Source: Lingula anatina
Taxonomy: Eukaryota; Animalia; Brachiopoda
Length of the DNA stretch: 64,000 nucleotides
NCBI GenBank assembly: GCA_051362555.1
Contig: CM120641.1
Span: 43,902,401-43,966,400, forward strand
Direction of reading: 5' to 3'
In this document: in pieces, positions 55,112 through 64,000 of the stretch
Numbering within the stretch: the stretch's first letter is position 1
Layout of the letters: each line of letters opens with the position of its first letter
Notes under the pieces: generated by a model
What the model was told of the DNA's origin: nothing
The model's database searches: none
Seen by the model: the letters and a program-made list of their open reading frames with translations, nothing else
Made by a program: the position numbers and the translations under genes

Positions 55112-56218
55112 GGCCACACTTTTTTAATTTTATGGATGACATCCTGCGCGCGCACCGATTTTCGTCCGTTCTCCAAAAAAAAAAAAAAAAAAAATCCCCC
55201 CCCCCCCCCCCCCCCCCCCCCAGGAAGTCGGTTGTCGCAAACGTCGTGATTGAATTTGCCGGAAAATGCAATCGGCAATCCTCGGCTAATTCCGCAAGCT
55301 CCATGCTGTCATTGTCGACTGCGGAGACATCCGAGTAGTTCCGAGTGCGGAAAATGAGCTTTCTGCGCATGCGTATTATCACCACGTGGAAGTAATGCCG
55401 CTTTGCCGTCAAATTCATCTCTAGCATTAATTTCAAAATACACGACAATTAAAGTCATAAAGAGAACGGGGGCCGTCGTTTTGGATTGGTTTGCCATTGA
55501 TATTGGACATGGAGATATCACCTTTTTACAATTATACGAAAGGCTGGCCGCGGCCAGCGATCATCGCCCGGAAAATTTCAGTGACATTCTGTCCAAAGCA
55601 GCACATAGACTTACCAGGGTTTTTTTTGTAGCGAAAAAAGGGTCGACAAGAGCGTCGTGGTATTTGGTGGACTGAAGGTCGGACAGGCCACCCGATAGTT
55701 GGCTGTTACGTGTGAGTCGAAGTAGACAAAATGGCATCGACCGAAATTACCTTTTTTAGATTTGGTAGTAGGAAGCAAAGGCCTACTGGTACTCAGTATC
55801 TTTGCTTCATTTTTTAACAATTCTGTGAAGTGTTTACAATGCTTAAATTTGCTGAGAGTACAAATAAAGACGCTGTTTATTTGATATTTGTTTTATTGAT
55901 TGCTATACCAACAGAATGCATGAAATAACCTTAAATACATTTGGTAATATGCAGCATATATATATTCATGACTTTTTACCTTTCTACGAAGTAGGCCCTA
56001 TTCACAATGCTAAATAATATTTTGAGAGCATGGATAAAGACATGTTGTTAGTTTGATACGTGTTTCTGTGGTAAATTAGTGTTTCCAGCTGTGTACTGAA
56101 AACATAACTTTTCTTAAGGAATTTTTTTTTTTTTTTGGACTGTTTTTTTTTTTCGCCCGCTCGCACCGATTTTGGGGTCCCCAGAGGATGTCATCCATAA
56201 AAATAAAAAAGTGTGGCC
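55112..56218. mobile_element. Non-autonomous PIF/Harbinger-type DNA transposon (~1.1 kb)
   Basis: TTA|GGCCACACTTTTTTAATTTTATGGATGACATCCT ... AGGATGTCATCCATAAAAATAAAAAAGTGTGGCC|TTA: near-perfect ~34-bp TIRs with a TTA target duplication; no transposase ORF. Confidence 0.88.
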
Positions 56219-59200
56219 TTAGCATTGGTGGTTCTTTTACTGCATAGATTATAACAACAGGGTAGCCTGCTTTTCAGTTTTATTGCTTACATCCAATTAG
56301 AATTAGTTTAAGAATTTATTATTTAAAAAATACAGTATCTGTATACTTCAGTTTTCCCTTGAAAAGGTCAAGCCATAACCACATATAAATTAATTCATAG
56401 TTATATGTACAGAGTCAAAAATTTTGTGTCAGGCAATATCATGAAAAAGTAAAAAGTAAATTTTTCTTTAAGAATAGAGGAAAGTTTTTAATCTTTGTAA
56501 GAATAAAGTTTGTGATTTCCCCCCACCTCATATATACTATTAACATGCACATTTGACCAAGATGCAATGATATTTTACAAAAAAAAAAATATTTCTTTTA
56601 ATGAGTACATTTTTAAAAATCTGAGGTTTCCCAAAACACGTTTGAAGTAAACACACCCAGGTAATACCTCTATATAATCATTTATATTTGACAGGATTAT
56701 TGATATAATTATAGTTTTACATGTACAATAAAACAATAATTTATAATATCAGTTTTGTGAAACTTGCATAAATAGATTAATTTGTACAAGCACCTTAGCT
56801 GTTTGAAAGGGAAATATTTGGTTGAGAAAGGAGATTTCCATTAAAGATTATGTACAATATGGACATTTGTCTTGGATCAATAACAGTGTTTGAACTACCA
56901 GTATAATACTTTGTATAGTTTCCCCAAAAAGATATCTAATTTAAAAAACAAAAAGCAGAAAAAAATGAAAAAAATTGTAATCTTAATTTTGAGAGGGGTG
57001 TAACATCTATAATGTTACGCAGTTAATTTATCCAAGATCAGCCTGGGTAAATGCTACATTTAATTTTGCTTATGTCATGGTTATTAGTCAAAAACAGTAA
57101 TTGAGTTCATTTAGATGATAGCAATGTTTTAACCCTTCTAGTCTGTAAAATAGTAAAACAATACAGAGGTGAAGTGTACTCAGAGCACTTGTCAAGCTAG
57201 TTGGAAAAAATGCAGAATCTACCTATTAGAAATGTGATAAAATGTTGTGTTTTCCAAATTGTTCTATATAGTTTCAAAATAAGAGCTGAGGGCTGTAAAT
57301 ATCTTGGTGCTTTAAAAAATGAACAGTGAAAAATATTTGTTGGTGCTCAGCTAGAAATATGTATAATGACATATAAGAAAAAAAGCAATAGAAATTACTA
57401 TTATAATTGTAAAAGTTTTAAAATGGGAAATGAGCTGCATGTGATTATTATTATTATTATTATTATTATATAAACCAATAACTATATGCCGGCCACTGTG
57501 CAATACATACATATTTGATTTTAAATTACTTGTGGTGCACAGTACTGAAAGAATATACCTTTCTTTAATCTTGTTTTAAACAATGCTACAGATGTTGTCA
57601 TCCATGCACAAGTACAGATAGTTATCAGTTGGTTTTGAAACAACTTGATTGTAACTTACCTACAAATCATAAATGGACTGGAGTTTTAGTAACATTCCAA
57701 TTTTTAGAGGATGCAAATTTCATGGTTTAAAGTTTACAGCAAAGTGTCCGTTTTATGGAATGATATTTGAAAATGTGGCTGAGAAGTGAAAGTGCTAATT
57801 GCCTTCCTATAAAAGGCAGACATCAGAAGTGATTGTATGTTTGTATGAAAAGATGTACTCAAAGTAAAAAAAATTAAACTCTGTCTGTAGTTCATTGCAT
57901 GGCAAAGTTCTGCATTTAAATTTTTTTTTGAATCTCTAGTGAAGTTTATCCTTTTTTCTTGGTTTACCTATCTAAATTTTGGTTAATAAGTAGCCATCAG
58001 TCAAAAATAGTCGCTCATTTTATGAAAATATATTTATATTGTTGAGAGCACCACATGTTGTAAATCTTTCCAAATAGCAAAAGTCTATGTAAACATTCCT
58101 GTTGTTGTATTAATAATTGTATTAGTTAAGGAGTATTTCAAGAACCCAGGTCAACCGCCTCAATGCCAATGTGTACATATTGTTAGAAGTAATTGCAAAA
58201 TGCAGTGCTCACTTGTTAGTTAAACTACGTAAGCACACACATGCACATGCTCGTACACATGCCAATGTGTGCAAACACACATGGATGATGTATTGTTTAT
58301 TAAGAAGCCAATTGCTGTGTAAAATGTGATTTGATTTGAGAGAAATGAAATAAAGATCTGCCAAACTGATCAAATGGGTGTAAAGTAGTATTTTGCCATT
58401 ATATCTTGAATTCCAGGTTTCTACTACATGTAGTTGTAGATACAAAAGTTCCATCAGATTTCCAAACTAATACCAATCAGATTTCCAATGAAAAATTATA
58501 TGTAACTTAATTGGCTTAAGTCAAGTGTAACCATTACATGGACTGACTTTGTGTTCAAATCCAGTAAAAGATTTTTTCACAATTTAGAAACCAAGACAGG
58601 TGTTAGCCGTGGCAATAGACTCCTGTGATAGACCTCTGAGTATTCTGAGATAAAAGCTGCTGAGGTAAAAAGATATGTTTTTTTTTTTACTTTCCATAAT
58701 TTAATACAGATATAGGCAGACAAGAAGTTTGATTTTACTGAAGAAAAATGAAGACTCAAAAAATGTGGCAAAACAGTCTTTCATCATACAAAATTTAACT
58801 TGGCAATTATCAAGCATGTGTTAAATTGATCAATTATTGCAATATCTTATGCTTTGGCCATAAGGTGACTTTAAATTAAAATCTGACTTCCTTTATGTTA
58901 GCCTTGGGGAACACTGCCACTGCGACACAAATTAATACAGTGGTTGATCAACTATGATGAATGAATTCAGATTTATATTTTCTTTGTCAGAGATATGAAC
59001 TGACAATTATGAAACCGTTGTCTAAGGCACATACAAACAGGAAAATCAATACTGATGAAAGTACAACCTTCCCACTGGCATAGATAAAACGATACTGCTG
59101 GAAAAAATACTAAAATAGTACTATGATAAAAAGCAATATAACATCAAAAAATGTGCCATCAATTTGATGATTTTTTTCATTGTTTGTACCCATCCTTCAT

Positions 59201-59469
59201 ACAAAAAGTCTATTTAGACAAAACATAATTTATTATTAGGTGAGAAAGCATCCAATAAACACAAAAATCATTTTAAAAAAAGATCAAAGGTCATGAATCC
59301 CATTGTAATTACAATGTAACACAGAGCACAAGCATGTTCATCATATCAGTAATGTCCTCCTATTTAAAAAGATAATCACATCTTAGTGATCTGCCAAATC
59401 CAGTTTTTGATCTCTAGTATGTTCTCTTCCAGATGGATTAATTGAGCCTTCTGTCCAAAATATAAATGA

Positions 59470-59726
59470 GACCCTATTCACATAGATATCATCATTGGTA
59501 CATGGGGATTGACCCAACTCTGCGGGGGATCTTGCTAACTGCAATCAGGCTGAACTGTATGGCACACCTCCTCTCGTCTCCAAGGTACTCCTATAATCAC
59601 CAGATTTTCTGTATTCTACTTGACACCAGGAGGCGGCATGTCATTCAGTTAACCTGACTGCATTCAGCAAGAATCCCTGCAGAGTTCAGTTCCAGGTGGA
59701 CCAATTGTGTCTATGGGAATGGGGCC
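59470..59726. mobile_element. PIF/Harbinger-like MITE in the CCZ1 3' region
   Basis: GACCCTATTCACATAGA ... TCTATGGGAATGGGGCC|TAA; inner inverted repeat AACTCTGCGGGGGATCTTGCT / AGCAAGAATCCCTGCAGAGTT. Confidence 0.7.
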
Positions 59727-59938
59727 TAAAAACTTTAATATAACTGAAGGATAAAGATTGTCATAGTGTGTAATTAATCCTAAGGAATATGTTATTCTTC
59801 TGACTGTTCTTTAAGAGATTTACTTGATATTTGTCCCTTGCCAACTGAATCATCCGATCAAAGTTCAATATTTTATGACAAATTTCTATCCTCATTTTTA
59901 ACAAAAACATATTGCACTTGATTGCTGAAATTTTGATT

Positions 59939-61364
59939 TCAGTCCAGAAAGAATATATTGCTGAAATGAGACGTGCACAGCTTCTTCACTTCCTCTGGAA
60001 AAAAAAAATAAATAAAATAAAAAATAAAAATCATCATAAAATTAATATCTTAAAGGACAACTCAGTGGGTTAGATTAATGTATAGAAGCAGGTTCTATGT
60101 AAAACTTTGATCAGATTTGTGTTTTGGGAGATTGTTTATTATTATATGAATAAGTCTGGGTCACAAAAGTCCTGTTAAGACAACTAGAATAAAGAATTAG
60201 AAAACGAAAACTATTTATCATGATTTCGGAGCACAGCCAGAAGTACTTCGGGCCCAAGGTCACGACCTCGATTTTCCCACGCTTACGACCAATCACAGCA
60301 GGCTTCAGTCAGCATGAGATAGACGTCACGACTACACAGCGAAACTTGTCAGACATGTAAGTGCCGCCTGTCCATCTTTTCGGTACATGTACCGATCAAA
60401 AACAGAAAACGTAAAGCCCAAAACGCTCTTATACACGTAACCAACTTTGTATGAGCACAAATATTGTCATTTATTGTGAACAGGATAATATGATAATCAG
60501 ACACACTTGAGACCTGTGAAGCGCATACTCACGTGTCGAGGAGTAGTTTCGCCATTGCCTCGTATGTGAGTCCTAACTCAGCTTTAAGTGTCCTTCACCG
60601 CCCCACCTCCCTCCCAACATACACAGTCTGAGTGCTTCTTCGTCTGTCTCTAATTTTCTTTCGTATCTTTCGAACTGGAGTGGCTATTTTCTTTCGCCCC
60701 CTTTTGTCTCTCTCCTGTTCAGACTTGACGCGCGTCTGAGCCATGTTTGCTGTTTTGGCGCCAAATAGTAACATCCGGGTCTCAGCCGTAGTACTTCATT
60801 CATAGTAAACCGCGAGACTTAGCGAGAAATTGCGCGTTCTGAAGCCGTACTGTGAGGTGGTAGCTGAGTATTTAAGACGAGTCGTCTTTTATTATTTAAT
60901 GGAACTTAAAAACGGTATTAGGTAGCTTCATTTTCTGAACGGTTTTGGATAGGATATACCTTGGTCATTATGGGGAAATTGGTGAGTTTTCCAGGAAAAT
61001 TCATTTTCGTGCTATTTTAAGGGTTAAACGCGCTGAGACTGTCTTTAAAAACTTCTTAACACATCATTACAATATTACTAAGTCTAAGTTTCAATTATCT
61101 TCATTCTGTTGCCAAATATTGAAAAAGTTAGTGTTGTATTTTTAAACTGCCCATCCACTTAACCAACTGAAATGTCTCCTAATTGCGATATATATAAATG
61201 ATAAGTATACAGTCATAAAAAGATAATCACCATTAATTTCAATAAGGTTGGCATTTTTCTGATTGATGACAACATAGAATTCTCGCTGGTCTGACTTCTT
61301 GCCCACTACCCAGTAGTCTCCAGTCTGTGTTCTGGCTATTGTCTCATTATCATCATTGCTTGAT
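59939..61364 (-). CDS. CCZ1: Vacuolar fusion protein CCZ1 (Mon1-Ccz1 Rab7 GEF subunit), last two coding exons; remainder lies beyond the window end
   Basis: Minus-strand exons 61364-61231 and 59994-59939 (GT-AG) give ..DYWVVGKKSDQREFYVVINQKNANLIEINEEVKKLCTSHFSNIFFLD*, the conserved CCZ1 C-terminus. Confidence 0.95.
60054..61044. mobile_element. Kolobok-like non-autonomous DNA transposon in the last CCZ1 intron
   Basis: TTAA|AGGACAACTCAG ... CTGAGACTGTCT|TTAA: short imperfect TIRs with TTAA flanks; CpG-rich interior unlike the host intron. Confidence 0.6.
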
Positions 61365-61846
61365 CTGAAGAAACAAGGCAGCAAAGCTGTCAAATGTACA
61401 GACAAAAAAACAGAAAATAAAGATGCAAAATAGGTCATTTTGTCAATTTTGATGCAATAATAAATACTGCTTATAATAGCACTGTCAGTCAACACTGAAT
61501 TCTAATCATGCACAACAGGTACCATGGTCAATAACAGGAGCGAACCCAGAGATATTTTCTGATAGTATTCCAAAGTATCTATGTTGATTCATCCCCCATT
61601 TTTATGGTCTTCCAACAGAAAAAAATAGATACCAGTCAATATAAACTTAATAACCTGACCGTCTTCCGGAAGACCCAGAAGATGGTCTCAATCCACCTCT
61701 TCAATAAGATTACAGTTTCAGGATCATGAGAGTTCAAATTCACATGATGAAAGTCTCAATTTTTGAAAAATGATGACAGTGCATAAAATAATATTACATA
61801 ATGTTTAAAGACATAAAAAACAATACACTTGCTTACGTGGAAATAA

Positions 61847-64000
61847 AGACAAGACAGCACGGTTCTGAAATGTTTTTTTCCCCATTTTTAACAATTTTTT
61901 AACATAAAACAAAATTAACAGTTTACTGCCATTTTTATATGATCAACTAAGAAAATTGATGAGATGGGAAAAATATCAATAGAACAGTCTTAAATGTCCA
62001 ATTTCCTCCATTCTGAGATTCTGAACATAGTGAATGATTAAATCTGACAAACTGCAATGATATGAGTTTATTTCCATTTTTGACACTTTTTTACACAATA
62101 CATGATAACAAGTTTACCATCATTTTTACTAAATCAACTAACAATGTTGTAAAGATGCAGGAAATGTCAAACAAACGCTTTTACGTATCTTATTAGTTTA
62201 ATAATGAGACTGTTAACATGCCTAAGAAATGAATCTGAGGAAATGCGAAAAAACAGAATACCTTCAAAAATATTGGCACGATTATGCTGGTTTACAAAAT
62301 CAACATGAATTTTAGCAAAACTGACCACTCCTATGACTTTCATGACAATTGGCCCATCTGTTTTTCTTATATTGTGTTTACAGTGTTGCATATATGCTGA
62401 AAAGTGTAAAAAACAGCATAACTACTAAAATAAGAAGTTTACCATCATTTTTACATAATCAACTAACAATGTTGTAAAGATGCAGGAAATGTCAAACAAA
62501 CACTTTTACGAATCTTATTAGTTAAATAATGAGACTGTTAACATGCCTAAGAATTGAATCTGAGGAAACGTGAAAAAACTGCACAACTTATAAAATAATG
62601 GCCCGATCATGCTTATTTTCGAACTTAACCTGCATTTTATGAATACTCATCAGCTCTGTAAATATAAAGCCAAAAAGTAAAACTATCTTCCACTTACGGT
62701 GTTAACGCTGAAAGTGCACAGCGACGGTGACGGCAACATGATTGGCGACGGCGACGACAGACGCAGGTGGCCTCATAATAAAATATACGTATCGTGGATT
62801 TTCAGAAAATATGACTAGCATGGGTCTTCAAGCCCGTGGAGGTTCTAAGTCACACCTTGAAAATGCCAATATGTGAAAAATTAAATTTTCACAAAAAACT
62901 GATTAACTGCCAAAAAAATTTACCAAATAGACTGCATTGCCCACTGAAGCTTTATTTAAGTCCCTTGTTTCTTCCTGTAAGTTTGAGAACAGTAAGTGAC
63001 ATGGTTTTCCTTAAATGGTCATCATGGGAGCAGTGTCCAAAATAGGGGTGTCTTCAAATTTTGTTGCAATATTACATAATGTTTAACAGGATAATTACCA
63101 TCAATTTTTAATAATAAAATATTAGTATCATGGATATTCAGAAAATGTTCCTAGCAAAGGTCTTCAGGCCCAAGGAACTTCAAAGTCACACCTTGAATAT
63201 GCCAAAATGTAGACAAGACAGCACTGTCCTGAAATGTGTTTTTTTTCCATTTTTAACAATTTTTTAACATATAACAAAATTAACAATTTACTGCCATTTA
63301 TATATGATCAACTAAGAAAATTGATGAGATGGGAAAAATATTAATAGAATAGTGTTAAATGTCCAATTTCTTCCATTCTGAGTTTCTAAACATACTGAAT
63401 AATTGAATCTGACAAACTGCAATGATATGAGTTTAATTCCATTTTTGACACTTTATTACACAATACACCAGAACAAGTTTAACATCATTTTTACGAAATC
63501 AACTAACAATGTTGTAAAGATGCAGAAAATGTCAAACAAACACTTTTACATTTCTTATTAATTAAATAATGAAACTGTTAACATGCCTTAGAACTGAATC
63601 TAAGGAAATGTGAAAAAACAGCATAACTTCTAAAATAATGGCCCAATTATGCTAATTTTCAAACTCAACCTGCATTTTAGTAAGATTAACCACTCCTGTG
63701 AGTTTAAATGACAATTGGCCTATCTGTTTTTCTTATATTGTGTTTACAGTGTTGCATATATGCTAAAAAGTGAAAAAACAGCATAACTACTAAAATAGTG
63801 GCCCGATCGTGCCGATTTTCGAACTTGAACTGCGTTTTAGTAAGATTGATTGCTCCTGTGAGTTTCATGACAACAGGCCTATCGGTTTTCCTTGAAATGT
63901 GTTAACAGTGTTGTATATATGCTGAAAAGTGAAAAAACAGCATAACTTCTACAATAATGGCTCGATCATGCTGATTTTCGAACTTGACCTGGGTTTTATG
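61847..64000. repeat. Composite duplicated / tandem repeat region (HINE-like, ~160-bp units) in a CCZ1 intron
   Basis: The block from 61847 recurs at 63211; the AAAACAGCATAACT anchor recurs at ~63621, 63781 and 63940; GACGG-like microsatellite at 62720-62765; CTAGCA..GGTCTTCA.GCCC at 62816 and 63151. Confidence 0.8.

Noticed and set aside
55089-55820. ORFs inside the 1.1-kb TIR element
   Set aside because: Homopolymer-derived, with no DDE or Myb/SANT similarity.
61832-61870. Minus-strand donor-like site CCAC|GTAAGC as an upstream CCZ1 exon end
   Set aside because: The preceding sequence does not translate to CCZ1-like residues and belongs to the duplicated repeat block.

Overview
AT-rich eukaryotic genomic DNA from an invertebrate, probably a lophotrochozoan. 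That assignment is an inference from gene content and HINE/MITE-type repeats. Spliced genes rebuilt by hand from splice sites and frame continuity: on the + strand, the 3' half of ADAM10/kuzbanian, a secreted protein with three VWC domains (VWC2/Brorin-like), two tandem secreted phospholipase A2 paralogues, and a complete high-affinity choline transporter (SLC5A7/CHT1); on the - strand, the last two exons of CCZ1. Most ORFs in the supplied track are spurious. Four points stand out. (1) ADAM10 has a clear minor-spliceosome AT-AC (U12) intron at 1556-4121, about 90% filled by a Helentron-associated element carrying a ~146-bp tandem array. (2) Both sPLA2s have a tribasic pro-site and a terminal Gly-Lys, a possible amidation signal. 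(3) A near-perfect foldback with 118-bp arms and an inverted, nested MITE pair lie in the probable first intron of SLC5A7. (4) There are several intact non-autonomous DNA transposons. No prokaryote-type system (CRISPR, operon) and no RNA gene could be supported.
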